In this document: one piece after another, positions 13,060-28,300 of the stretch
Layout: each line of letters begins with the position of its first letter
How positions within the stretch are numbered: position 1 is the stretch's first letter
Assembly: GCF_009914755.1 (NCBI RefSeq)
Contig: NC_060939.1
Direction: 5' to 3' (one strand)
DNA length: 64,000 nt
From: the human T2T-CHM13v2.0 reference genome, Homo sapiens
The notes under the pieces: generated by a model
What the model was told of the DNA's origin: nothing
The model's database searches: none
Seen by the model: the letters and a program-made list of their open reading frames with translations, nothing else
Translations under genes and position numbers: made by a program

Positions 13060-16000
13060 TTGAGTCCATTCAATTCCATTCCTTTCGTTTCCATTCCATT
13101 TGATGCCATTCCATTCAATTCTGTTCTACTCGACTCCAATACATTCAATTCCATTCCATCCGATTCCATTACATTCTTTTCATTTCTTATCCATTTCAAG
13201 CCATTCCACTCCATTCCATTCCACTCGTTTCCTTTCCATTCGAGTCCATTCCTCTCCAGTCCATTCCGTTCAATCCATTCCATTCCAGTCCATTCCATTC
13301 GAGTCCGTTCCATTCCAGTCCATTCCATTCGAGTCAATTCCATTCCATTCGATGTCTTTCCATAACGATCCATTCCATTCTATTCCTTTCGATTCCATTC
13401 CATTCTATTTCATTCCATTCGATTCCCTTCCATTGGACTCCTTTCCATTCGAGTGCATTCCATTCCGTTCCATTTCTTTCCGTTCTGTACGATTCCTACC
13501 GTTCGATTTCATTTTCTTCCAGTCCATTCTTTCGCGTCCATTCCATTCCATTTCACTCCATTCGATTCCATTCCACTCGATTCCACTTCGTTCCATTTCA
13601 TTGCATTCCATTCTATTCAACTCTATTGCCTTCCATTCCATTCCATTCGATTACATTCCATGCGATTCCATTCGAAATCGAATCAATTACATTGCAATCC
13701 ATTACTATTGAGTCCGTTTTATTCCAGTCCACTGCATTCTGGTCCATTCCATTTGATTCCATTCCATTCTATTCCATTCCATACAGTTGCATTCCATTGG
13801 ATTCCATGCTATATCTATAAATTCAATTCGAGACCATTGCTTTTGAGTCCATTCTATATGATTCCATTCCATTCAAGTCCATTACATTTGGTTAAATTCC
13901 ATTCCATTCGGTTCAATTCCATTCCATTCCATTCCCTTCCATTCCATTCCAGTTGATATCAATCCATTGGATTCCATTCCATTCGAGCACATTCCATTCG
14001 AGTTCATTCCATTCGATGCCATTCCATTTGATTCTATTCCATTAGTCTCCATTCAATTCCATTAATCTCCATTCCATTCCATTCTACTCCAACTGATTCC
14101 ATTCCATTCTATTCCTTTCCATTCCATTTCATTCCATTCCATTCCATTCCATTCCATTCCATTCCATTCCATTCGTGTCCATTCCACTCCAGTCCATTCC
14201 ATTCGTATCCATTCCATTCCAGTCTATTCCATTTGTGTCCACTGCATTCCATTCCACTCCATTCCATATTATTCCATTACACTCCATTCCATTCTATTAC
14301 TTTCATTTCCATTCAATTCCATTCCATTTGATTCCATTCCACTCGGTTTCATTCCATTTGAGTCCACTCCATTCCATTCCATTCCATTCAGTTCCATTCC
14401 ATTCTGTTCCATTCCATTCCGTTCCATTACATTCCATTCCATTCGGTACCATTCCATATTGTTCCATTCGATTCCATTCGAATCCATTCCATTCCAGTCC
14501 ATTCCATTCGATTCCATTCCATTCATTTCAATTCCATTCCATTCCATTCCATTACATTCCACTTGATTCCTCTCCATTCCCTTCCACTGTATTCCGTTCG
14601 ATTCCATTCCATTGCATTGCATTCCATTCCATTGTATTGCATTCCATTCGATTCCATTCCATTCGAATCAATTACATAGCAATCCATTACATTCGAGTCT
14701 ATTCTATTCCGTTCCATTCGATTTCGTTCCAATCCATTCGATTCCATTCCATTCGATTCCATTCCATACTATTGCATTCCATTCGATTACATTATATTCG
14801 AATAAGTTCCATTCAAGACCATTTCTTTTGAGTCCATTCTATTTGAGTCCATTCCCTTTGATTCCATAACATTTGAGTCCATTCAATTCCATTCCTTTCG
14901 TTTCCATTCCATTTGATGCCATTCCATTCAATTCTGTTCTACTCGACTCCAATACATTCAATTCCATTCCATCCGATTCCATTACATTCTTTTCATTTCT
15001 TATCCATTTCAAGCCATTCCACTCCATTCCATTCCACTCGTTTCCTTTCCATTCGAGTCCATTCCTCTCCAGTCCATTCCGTTCAATCCATTCCATTCCA
15101 GTCCATTCCATTCGAGTCCGTTCCATTCCAGTCCATTCCATTCGAGTCAATTCCATTCTATTCGATGTCTTTCCATAACGATCCATTCCATTCTATTCCT
15201 TTCGATTCCATTCCATTCTATTTCATTCCATTCGATTCCCTTCCATTGGACTCCTTTCCATTCGAGTGCATTGCATTCCGTTCCATTTCTTTCCGTTCTG
15301 TACGATTCCTACCGTTCGATTTCATTTTGTTCCAGTCCATTCTTTCGCGTCCATTCCATTCCATTTCACTCCATTCGATTCCATTCCACTCGATTCCACT
15401 TCGTTCCATTTCATTGCATTCCATTCTATTCAACTCTATTGCCTTCCATTCCATTCCATTCGATTACATTCCATGCGATTCCATTCGAAATCGAATCAAT
15501 TACATTGCAATCCATTACTATTGAGTCCGTTTTATTCCAGTCCACTGCATTCTGGTCCATTCCATTTGATTCCATTCCATTCTATTCCATTCCATACAGT
15601 TGCATTCCATTGGATTCCATGCTATATCTATAAATTCAATTCGAGACCATTGCTTTTGAGTCCATTCTATATGATTCCATTCCATTCAAGTCCATTACAT
15701 TTGGTTAAATTCCATTCCATTCGGTTCAATTCCATTCCATTCCATTCCCTTCCATTCCATTCCAGTTGATATCAATCCATTCGATTCCATTCCATTCGAG
15801 CACATTCCATTCGAGTCCATTCCATTCGATGCCATTCCATTTGATTCTATTCCATTAGTCTCCATTCAATTCCATTAATCTCCATTCCATTCCATTCTAC
15901 TCCAACTGATTCCATTCCATTCTATTCCTTTCCATTCCATTTCATTCCATTCCATTCCATTCCATTCCATTCCATTCCATTCGTGTCCATTCCACTCCAG

Positions 16001-19000
16001 TCCATTCCATTCGTATCCATTCCATTCCAGTCCATTCCATTTGTGTCCACTGCATTCCATTCCACTCCATTCCATATTATTCCATTACACTCCATTCCAT
16101 TCTATTACTTTCATTTCCATTCAATTCCATTCCATTTGATTCCATTCCACTCGGTTTCATTCCATTTGAGTCCACTCCATTCCATTCCATTCCATTCAGT
16201 TCCATTCCATTCTGTTCCATTCCATTCCGTTCCATTACATTCCATTCCATTCGGTACCATTCCATATTGTTCCATTCGATTCCATTCGAATCCATTCCAT
16301 TCCAGTCCATTCCATTCGATTCCATTCCATTCATTTCAATTCCATTCCATTCCATTCCATTCCATTCCACTTGATTCCTCTCCATTCCCTTCCACTGCAT
16401 TCCGTTCGATTCCATTCCATTGCATTGCATTCCATTCCATTGGATTGCATTCCATTCGATTCCATTCCATTCGAATCAATTACATAGCAATCCATTACAT
16501 TCGAGTCTATTCTCTTCCGTTCCATTCGATTTCGTTCCAATCCATTCGATTCCATTCCATTCGATTCCATTCCATACTATTGCATTCCATTCGATTACAT
16601 TATATTCGAATAAGTTCCATTCAAGACCATTTCTTTTGAGTCCATTCTATTTGAGTCCATTCCCTTTGATTCCATAACATTTGAGTCCATTCAATTCCAT
16701 TCCTTTCGTTTCCATTCCATTTGATGCCATTCCATTCAATTCTGTTCTACTCGACTCCAATACATTCAATTCCATTCCATCCGATTCCATTACATTCTTT
16801 TCATTTCTTATCCATTTCAAGCCATTCCACTCCATTCCATTCCACTCGTTTCCTTTCCATTCGAGTCCATTCCTCTCCAGTCCATTCCGTTCAATCCATT
16901 CCATTCCAGTCCATTCCATTCGAGTCCGTTCCATTCCAGTCCATTCCATTCGAGTCAATTCCATTCCATTCGATGTCTTTCCATAACGATCCATTCCATT
17001 CTATTCCTTTCGATTCCATTCCATTCTATTTCATTCCATTCGATTCCCTTCCATTGGACTCCTTTCCATTCGAGTGCATTCCATTCCGTTCCATTTCTTT
17101 CCGTTCTGTACGATTCCTACCGTTCGATTTCATTTTTTTCCAGTCCATTCTTTCGCGTCCATTCCATTCCATTTCACTCCATTCGATTCCATTCCACTCG
17201 ATTCCACTTCGTTCCATTTCATTGCATTCCATTCTATTCAACTCTATTGCCTTCCATTCCATTCCATTCGATTACATTCCATGCGATTCCATTCGAAATC
17301 GAATCAATTACATTGCAATTCATTACTATTGAGTCCGTTTTATTCCAGTCCACTGCATTCTGGTCCATTCCATTTGATTCCATTCCATTCTATTCCATTC
17401 CATACAGTTGCATTCCATTGGATTCCATGCTATATCTATAAATTCAATTCGAGACCATTGCTTTTGAGTCCATTCTATATGATTCCATTCCATTCAAGTC
17501 CATTACATTTGGTTAAATTCCATTCCATTCGGTTCAATTCCATTCCATTCCATTCCCTTCCATTCCATTCCAGTTGATATCAATCCATTCGATTCCATTC
17601 CATTCGAGCACATTCCATTCGAGTCCATTCCATTCGATGCCATTCCATTTGATTCTATTCCATTAGTCTCCATTCAATTCCATTAATCTCCATTCCATTC
17701 CATTCTACTCCAACTGATTCCATTCCATTCTATTCCTTTCCATTCCATTTCATTCCATTCCATTCCATTCCATTCCATTCCATTCCATTCGTGTCCTTTC
17801 CACTCCAGTCCATTCCATTCGTATCCATTCCATTCCAGTCCATTCCATTTGTGTCCACTGCATTCCATTCCACTCCATTCCATATTATTCCATTACACTC
17901 CATTCCATTCTATTACTTTCATTTCCATTCAATTCCATTCCATTTGATTCCATTCCACTCGGTTTCATTCCATTTGAGTCCACTCCATTCCATTCCATTC
18001 CATTCAGTTCCATTCCATTCTGTTCCATTCCATTCCGTTCCGTTACATTCCATTCCATTCGGTACCATTCCATATTGTTCCATTCGATTCCATTCGAATC
18101 CATTCCATTCCAGTCCATTCCATTCGATTCCATTCCATTCATTTCAATTCCATTCCATTCCATTCCATTACATTCCACTTGATTCCTCTCCATTCCCTTC
18201 CACTGCATTCCGTTCGATTCCATTCCATTGCATTGCATTCCATTCCATTGGATTGCATTCCATTCGATTCCATTCCATTCGAATCAATTACATAGCAATC
18301 CATTACATTCGAGTCTATTCTCTTCCGTTCCATTCGATTTCGTTCCAATCCATTCGATTCCATTCCATTCGATTCCATTCCATACTATTGCATTCCATTC
18401 GATTACATTATATTCGAATAAGTTCCATTCAAGACCATTTCTTTTGAGTCCATTCTATTTGAGTCCATTCCCTTTGATTCCATAACATTTGAGTCCATTC
18501 AATTCCATTCCTTTCGTTTCCATTCCATTTGATGCCATTCCATTCAATTCTGTTCTACTCGACTCCAATACATTCAATTCCATTCCATCCGATTCCATTA
18601 CATTCTTTTCATTTCTTATCCATTTCAAGCCATTCCACTCCATTCCATTCCACTCGTTTCCTTTCCATTCGAGTCCATTCCTCTCCAGTCCATTCCGTTC
18701 AATCCATTCCATTCCAGTCCATTCCATTCGAGTCCGTTCCATTCCAGTCCATTCCATTCGAGTCAATTCCATTCCATTCGATGTCTTTCCATAACGATCC
18801 ATTCCATTCTATTCCTTTCGATTCCATTCCATTCTATTTCATTCCATTCGATTCCCTTCCATTGGACTCCTTTCCATTCGAGTGCATTCCATTCCGTTCC
18901 ATTTCTTTCCGTTCTGTACGATTCCTACCGTTCGATTTCATTTTCTTCCAGTCCATTCTTTCGCGTCCATTCCATTCCATTTCACTCCATTCGATTCCAT

Positions 19001-22000
19001 TCCACTCGATTCCACTTCGTTCCATTTCATTGCATTCCATTCTATTCAACTCTATTGCCTTCCATTCCATTCCATTCGATTACATTCCATGCGATTCCAT
19101 TCGAAATCGAATCAATTACATTGCAATCCATTACTATTGAGTCCGTTTTATTCCAGTCCACTGCATTCTGGTCCATTCCATTTGATTCCATTCCATTCTA
19201 TTCCATTCCATACAGTTGCATTCCATTGGATTCCATGCTATATCTATAAATTCAATTCGAGACCATTGCTTTTGAGTCCATTCTATATGATTCCATTCCA
19301 TTCAAGTCCATTACATTTGGTTAAATTCCATTCCATTCGGTTCAATTCCATTCCATTCCATTCCCTTCCATTCCATTCCAGTTGATATCAATCCATTGGA
19401 TTCCATTCCATTCGAGCACATTCCATTCGAGTTCATTCCATTCGATGCCATTCCATTTGATTCTATTCCATTAGTCTCCATTCAATTCCATTAATCTCCA
19501 TTCCATTCCATTCTACTCCAACTGATTCCATTCCATTCTATTCCTTTCCATTCCATTTCATTCCATTCCATTCCATTCCATTCCATTCCATTCCATTCCA
19601 TTCGTGTCCATTCCACTCCAGTCCATTCCATTCGTATCCATTCCATTCCAGTCTATTCCATTTGTGTCCACTGCATTCCATTCCACTCCATTCCATATTA
19701 TTCCATTACACTCCATTCCATTCTATTACTTTCATTTCCATTCAATTCCATTCCATTTGATTCCATTCCACTCGGTTTCATTCCATTTGAGTCCACTCCA
19801 TTCCATTCCATTCCATTCAGTTCCATTCCATTCTGTTCCATTCCATTCCGTTCCATTACATTCCATTCCATTCGGTACCATTCCATATTGTTCCATTCGA
19901 TTCCATTCGAATCCATTCCATTCCAGTCCATTCCATTCGATTCCATTCCATTCATTTCAATTCCATTCCATTCCATTCCATTACATTCCACTTGATTCCT
20001 CTCCATTCCCTTCCACTGTATTCCGTTCGATTCCATTCCATTGCATTGCATTCCATTCCATTGTATTGCATTCCATTCGATTCCATTCCATTCGAATCAA
20101 TTACATAGCAATCCATTACATTCGAGTCTATTCTATTCCGTTCCATTCGATTTCGTTCCAATCCATTCGATTCCATTCCATTCGATTCCATTCCATACTA
20201 TTGCATTCCATTCGATTACATTATATTCGAATAAGTTCCATTCAAGACCATTTCTTTTGAGTCCATTCTATTTGAGTCCATTCCCTTTGATTCCATAACA
20301 TTTGAGTCCATTCAATTCCATTCCTTTCGTTTCCATTCCATTTGATGCCATTCCATTCAATTCTGTTCTACTCGACTCCAATACATTCAATTCCATTCCA
20401 TCCGATTCCATTACATTCTTTTCATTTCTTATCCATTTCAAGCCATTCCACTCCATTCCATTCCACTCGTTTCCTTTCCATTCGAGTCCATTCCTCTCCA
20501 GTCCATTCCGTTCAATCCATTCCATTCCAGTCCATTCCATTCGAGTCCGTTCCATTCCAGTCCATTCCATTCGAGTCAATTCCATTCTATTCGATGTCTT
20601 TCCATAACGATCCATTCCATTCTATTCCTTTCGATTCCATTCCATTCTATTTCATTCCATTCGATTCCCTTCCATTGGACTCCTTTCCATTCGAGTGCAT
20701 TGCATTCCGTTCCATTTCTTTCCGTTCTGTACGATTCCTACCGTTCGATTTCATTTTGTTCCAGTCCATTCTTTCGCGTCCATTCCATTCCATTTCACTC
20801 CATTCGATTCCATTCCACTCGATTCCACTTCGTTCCATTTCATTGCATTCCATTCTATTCAACTCTATTGCCTTCCATTCCATTCCATTCGATTACATTC
20901 CATGCGATTCCATTCGAAATCGAATCAATTACATTGCAATCCATTACTATTGAGTCCGTTTTATTCCAGTCCACTGCATTCTGGTCCATTCCATTTGATT
21001 CCATTCCATTCTATTCCATTCCATACAGTTGCATTCCATTGGATTCCATGCTATATCTATAAATTCAATTCGAGACCATTGCTTTTGAGTCCATTCTATA
21101 TGATTCCATTCCATTCAAGTCCATTACATTTGGTTAAATTCCATTCCATTCGGTTCAATTCCATTCCATTCCATTCCCTTCCATTCCATTCCAGTTGATA
21201 TCAATCCATTCGATTCCATTCCATTCGAGCACATTCCATTCGAGTCCATTCCATTCGATGCCATTCCATTTGATTCTATTCCATTAGTCTCCATTCAATT
21301 CCATTAATCTCCATTCCATTCCATTCTACTCCAACTGATTCCATTCCATTCTATTCCTTTCCATTCCATTTCATTCCATTCCATTCCATTCCATTCCATT
21401 CCATTCCATTCGTGTCCATTCCACTCCAGTCCATTCCATTCGTATCCATTCCATTCCAGTCCATTCCATTTGTGTCCACTGCATTCCATTCCACTCCATT
21501 CCATATTATTCCATTACACTCCATTCCATTCTATTACTTTCATTTCCATTCAATTCCATTCCATTTGATTCCATTCCACTCGGTTTCATTCCATTTGAGT
21601 CCACTCCATTCCATTCCATTCCATTCAGTTCCATTCCATTCTGTTCCATTCCATTCCGTTCCATTACATTCCATTCCATTCGGTACCATTCCATATTGTT
21701 CCATTCGATTCCATTCGAATCCATTCCATTCCAGTCCATTCCATTCGATTCCATTCCATTCATTTCAATTCCATTCCATTCCATTCCATTCCATTCCACT
21801 TGATTCCTCTCCATTCCCTTCCACTGCATTGCGTTCGATTCCATTCCATTGCATTGCATTCCATTCCATTGGATTGCATTCCATTCGATTCCATTCCATT
21901 CGAATCAATTACATAGCAATCCATTACATTCGAGTCTATTCTCTTCCGTTCCATTCGATTTCGTTCCAATCCATTCGATTCCATTCCATTCGATTCCATT

Positions 22001-25000
22001 CCATACTATTGCATTCCATTCGATTACATTATATTCGAATAAGTTCCATTCAAGACCATTTCTTTTGAGTCCATTCTATTTGAGTCCATTCCCTTTGATT
22101 CCATAACATTTGAGTCCATTCAATTCCATTCCTTTCGTTTCCATTCCATTTGATGCCATTCCATTCAATTCTGTTCTACTCGACTCCAATACATTCAATT
22201 CCATTCCATCCGATTCCATTACATTCTTTTCATTTCTTATCCATTTCAAGCCATTCCACTCCATTCCATTCCACTCGTTTCCTTTCCATTCGAGTCCATT
22301 CCTCTCCAGTCCATTCCGTTCAATCCATTCCATTCCAGTCCATTCCATTCGAGTCCGTTCCATTCCAGTCCATTCCATTCGAGTCAATTCCATTCCATTC
22401 GATGTCTTTCCATAACGATCCATTCCATTCTATTCCTTTCGATTCCATTCCATTCTATTTCATTCCATTCGATTCCCTTCCATTGGACTCCTTTCCATTC
22501 GAGTGCATTCCATTCCGTTCCATTTCTTTCCGTTCTGTACGATTCCTACCGTTCGATTTCATTTTTTTCCAGTCCATTCTTTCGCGTCCATTCCATTCCA
22601 TTTCACTCCATTCGATTCCATTCCACTCGATTCCACTTCGTTCCATTTCATTGCATTCCATTCTATTCAACTCTATTGCCTTCCATTCCATTCCATTCGA
22701 TTACATTCCATGCGATTCCATTCGAAATCGAATCAATTACATTGCAATTCATTACTATTGAGTCCGTTTTATTCCAGTCCACTGCATTCTGGTCCATTCC
22801 ATTTGATTCCATTCCATTCTATTCCATTCCATACAGTTGCATTCCATTGGATTCCATGCTATATCTATAAATTCAATTCGAGACCATTGCTTTTGAGTCC
22901 ATTCTATATGATTCCATTCCATTCAAGTCCATTACATTTGGTTAAATTCCATTCCATTCGGTTCAATTCCATTCCATTCCATTCCCTTCCATTCCATTCC
23001 AGTTGATATCAATCCATTCGATTCCATTCCATTCGAGCACATTCCATTCGAGTCCATTCCATTCGATGCCATTCCATTTGATTCTATTCCATTAGTCTCC
23101 ATTCAATTCCATTAATCTCCATTCCATTCCATTCTACTCCAACTGATTCCATTCCATTCTATTCCTTTCCATTCCATTTCATTCCATTCCATTCCATTCC
23201 ATTCCATTCCATTCCATTCGTGTCCTTTCCACTCCAGTCCATTCCATTCGTATCCATTCCATTCCAGTCCATTCCATTTGTGTCCACTGCATTCCATTCC
23301 ACTCCATTCCATATTATTCCATTACACTCCATTCCATTCTATTACTTTCATTTCCATTCAATTCCATTCCATTTGATTCCATTCCACTCGGTTTCATTCC
23401 ATTTGAGTCCACTCCATTCCATTCCATTCCATTCAGTTCCATTCCATTCTGTTCCATTCCATTCCGTTCCGTTACATTCCATTCCATTCGGTACCATTCC
23501 ATATTGTTCCATTCGATTCCATTCGAATCCATTCCATTCCAGTCCATTCCATTCGATTCCATTCCATTCATTTCAATTCCATTCCATTCCATTCCATTAC
23601 ATTCCACTTGATTCCTCTCCATTCCCTTCCACTGCATTCCGTTCGATTCCATTCCATTGCATTGCATTCCATTCCATTGGATTGCATTCCATTCGATTCC
23701 ATTCCATTCGAATCAATTACATAGCAATCCATTACATTCGAGTCTATTCTCTTCCGTTCCATTCGATTTCGTTCCAATCCATTCGATTCCATTCCATTCG
23801 ATTCCATTCCATACTATTGCATTCCATTCGATTACATTATATTCGAATAAGTTCCATTCAAGACCATTTCTTTTGAGTCCATTCTATTTGAGTCCATTCC
23901 CTTTGATTCCATAACATTTGAGTCCATTCAATTCCATTCCTTTCGTTTCCATTCCATTTGATGCCATTCCATTCAATTCTGTTCTACTCGACTCCAATAC
24001 ATTCAATTCCATTCCATCCGATTCCATTACATTCTTTTCATTTCTTATCCATTTCAAGCCATTCCACTCCATTCCATTCCACTCGTTTCCTTTCCATTCG
24101 AGTCCATTCCTCTCCAGTCCATTCCGTTCAATCCATTCCATTCCAGTCCATTCCATTCGAGTCCGTTCCATTCCAGTCCATTCCATTCGAGTCAATTCCA
24201 TTCCATTCGATGTCTTTCCATAACGATCCATTCCATTCTATTCCTTTCGATTCCATTCCATTCTATTTCATTCCATTCGATTCCCTTCCATTGGACTCCT
24301 TTCCATTCGAGTGCATTCCATTCCGTTCCATTTCTTTCCGTTCTGTACGATTCCTACCGTTCAATTTCATTTTGTTCCAGTCCATTCTTTCGCGTCCATT
24401 CCATTCCATTTCACTCCATTCGATTCCATTCCACTCGATTCCACTTCGTTCCATTTCATTGCATTCCATTCTATTCAACTCTATTGCCTTCCATTCCATT
24501 CCATTCGATTACATTCCATGCGATTCCATTCGAAATCGAATCAATTACATTGCAATCCATTACTATTGAGTCCGTTTTATTCCAGTCCACTGCATTCTGG
24601 TCCATTCCATTTGATTCCATTCCATTCTATTCCATTCCATACAGTTGCATTCCATTGGATTCCATGCTATATCTATAAATTCAATTCGAGACCATTGCTT
24701 TTGAGTCCATTCTATATGATTCCATTCCATTCAAGTCCATTACATTTGGTTAAATTCCATTCCATTCGGTTCAATTCCATTCCATTCCATTCCCTTCCAT
24801 TCCATTCCAGTTGATATCAATCCATTCGATTCCATTCCATTCGAGCACATTCCATTCGAGTCCATTCCATTCGATGCCATTCCATTTGATTCTATTCCAT
24901 TAGTCTCCATTCAATTCCATTAATCTCCATTCCATTCCATTCTACTCCAACTGATTCCATTCCATTCTATTCCTTTCCATTCCATTTCATTCCATTCCAT

Positions 25001-28000
25001 TCCATTCCATTCCATTCCATTCCATTCGTGTCCATTCCACTCCAGTCCATTCCATTCGTATCCATTCCATTCCAGTCTATTCCATTTGTGTCCACTGCAT
25101 TCCATTCCACTCCATTCCATATTATTCCATTACACTCCATTCCATTCTATTACTTTCATTTCCATTCAATTCCATTCCATTTGATTCCATTCCACTCGGT
25201 TTCATTCCATTTGAGTCCACTCCATTCCATTCCATTCCATTCAGTTCCATTCCATTCTGTTCCATTCCATTCCGTTCCATTACATTCCATTCCATTCGGT
25301 ACCATTCCATATTGTTCCATTCGATTCCATTCGAATCCATTCCATTCCAGTCCATTCCATTCGATTCCATTCCATTCATTTCAATTCCATTCCATTCCAT
25401 TACATTACATTCCACTTGATTCCTCTCCATTCCCTTCCACTGTATTCCGTTCGATTCCATTCCATTGCATTGCATTCCATTCCATTGTATTGCATTCCAT
25501 TCGATTCCATTCCATTCGAATCAATTACATAGCAATCCATTACATTCGAGTCTATTCTATTCCGTTCCATTCGATTTCGTTCCAATCCATTCGATTCCAT
25601 TCCATTCGATTCCATTCCATACTATTGCATTCCATTCGATTACATTATATTCGAATAAGTTCCATTCAAGACCATTTCTTTTGAGTCCATTCTATTTGAG
25701 TCCATTCCCTTTGATTCCATAACATTTGAGTCCATTCAATTCCATTCCTTTCGTTTCCATTCCATTTGATGCCATTCCATTCAATTCTGTTCTACTCGAC
25801 TCCAATACATTCAATTCCATTCCATCCGATTCCATTACATTCTTTTCATTTCTTATCCATTTCAAGCCATTCCACTCCATTCCATTCCACTCGTTTCCTT
25901 TCCATTCGAGTCCATTCCTCTCCAGTCCATTCCGTTCAATCCATTCCATTCCAGTCCATTCCATTCGAGTCCGTTCCATTCCAGTCCATTCCATTCGAGT
26001 CAATTCCATTCTATTCGATGTCTTTCCATAACGATCCATTCCATTCTATTCCTTTCGATTCCATTCCATTCTATTTCATTCCATTCGATTCCCTTCCATT
26101 GGACTCCTTTCCATTCGAGTGCATTGCATTCCGTTCCATTTCTTTCCGTTCTGTACGATTCCTACCGTTCGATTTCATTTTGTTCCAGTCCATTCTTTCG
26201 CGTCCATTCCATTCCATTTCACTCCATTCGATTCCATTCCACTCGATTCCACTTCGTTCCATTTCATTGCATTCCATTCTATTCAACTCTATTGCCTTCC
26301 ATTCCATTCCATTCGATTACATTCCATGCGATTCCATTCGAAATCGAATCAATTACATTGCAATCCATTACTATTGAGTCCGTTTTATTCCAGTCCACTG
26401 CATTCTGGTCCATTCCATTTGATTCCATTCCATTCTATTCCATTCCATACAGTTGCATTCCATTGGATTCCATGCTATATCTATAAATTCAATTCGAGAC
26501 CATTGCTTTTGAGTCCATTCTATATGATTCCATTCCATTCAAGTCCATTACATTTGGTTAAATTCCATTCCATTCGGTTCAATTCCATTCCATTCCATTC
26601 CCTTCCATTCCATTCCAGTTGATATCAATCCATTCGATTCCATTCCATTCGAGCACATTCCATTCGAGTCCATTCCATTCGATGCCATTCCATTTGATTC
26701 TATTCCATTAGTCTCCATTCAATTCCATTAATCTCCATTCCATTCCATTCTACTCCAACTGATTCCATTCCATTCTATTCCTTTCCATTCCATTTCATTC
26801 CATTCCATTCCATTCCATTCCATTCCATTCCATTCGTGTCCATTCCACTCCAGTCCATTCCATTCGTATCCATTCCATTCCAGTCCATTCCATTTGTGTC
26901 CACTGCATTCCATTCCACTCCATTCCATATTATTCCATTACACTCCATTCCATTCTATTACTTTCATTTCCATTCAATTCCATTCCATTTGATTCCATTC
27001 CACTCGGTTTCATTCCATTTGAGTCCACTCCATTCCATTCCATTCCATTCAGTTCCATTCCATTCTGTTCCATTCCATTCCGTTCCATTACATTCCATTC
27101 CATTCGGTACCATTCCATATTGTTCCATTCGATTCCATTCGAATCCATTCCATTCCAGTCCATTCCATTCGATTCCATTCCATTCATTTCAATTCCATTC
27201 CATTCCATTCCATTACATTCCACTTGATTCCTCTCCATTCCCTTCCACTGCATTCCGTTCGATTCCATTCCATTGCATTGCATTCCATTCCATTGGATTG
27301 CATTCCATTCGATTCCATTCCATTCGAATCAATTACATAGCAATCCATTACATTCGAGTCTATTCTCTTCCGTTCCATTCGATTTCGTTCCAATCCATTC
27401 GATTCCATTCCATTCGATTCCATTCCATACTATTGCATTCCATTCGATTACATTATATTCGAATAAGTTCCATTCAAGACCATTTCTTTTGAGTCCATTC
27501 TATTTGAGTCCATTCCCTTTGATTCCATAACATTTGAGTCCATTCAATTCCATTCCTTTCGTTTCCATTCCATTTGATGCCATTCCATTCAATTCTGTTC
27601 TACTCGACTCCAATACATTCAATTCCATTCCATCCGATTCCATTACATTCTTTTCATTTCTTATCCATTTCAAGCCATTCCACTCCATTCCATTCCACTC
27701 GTTTCCTTTCCATTCGAGTCCATTCCTCTCCAGTCCATTCCGTTCAATCCATTCCATTCCAGTCCATTCCATTCGAGTCCGTTCCATTCCAGTCCATTCC
27801 ATTCGAGTCAATTCCATTCCATTCGATGTCTTTCCATAACGATCCATTCCATTCTATTCCTTTCGATTCCATTCCATTCTATTTCATTCCATTCGATTCC
27901 CTTCCATTGGACTCCTTTCCATTCGAGTGCATTCCATTCCGTTCCATTTCTTTCCGTTCTGTACGATTCCTACCGTTCGATTTCATTTTTTTCCAGTCCA

Positions 28001-28300
28001 TTCTTTCGCGTCCATTCCATTCCATTTCACTCCATTCGATTCCATTCCACTCGATTCCACTTCGTTCCATTTCATTGCATTCCATTCTATTCAACTCTAT
28101 TGCCTTCCATTCCATTCCATTCGATTACATTCCATGCGATTCCATTCGAAATCGAATCAATTACATTGCAATTCATTACTATTGAGTCCGTTTTATTCCA
28201 GTCCACTGCATTCTGGTCCATTCCATTTGATTCCATTCCATTCTATTCCATTCCATACAGTTGCATTCCATTGGATTCCATGCTATATCTATAAATTCAA
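13060..28300 (+). repeat. 3-monomer super-repeat, period 5,429 bp (two full copies plus a partial third at 5,424 bp offset)
   Basis: Spacing pattern 1813-1808-1808 twice. Matching private variants: ATCCATTGGATT (~13965/19394), CACTGTATT (~14585/20014/25438), GTGCATTGCATT (~15266/20695/26119), CATTTTTTTCC plus GCAATTCATT (~17130/22560/27983), GTGTCCTTTCC (17791/23220). Confidence 0.9.
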
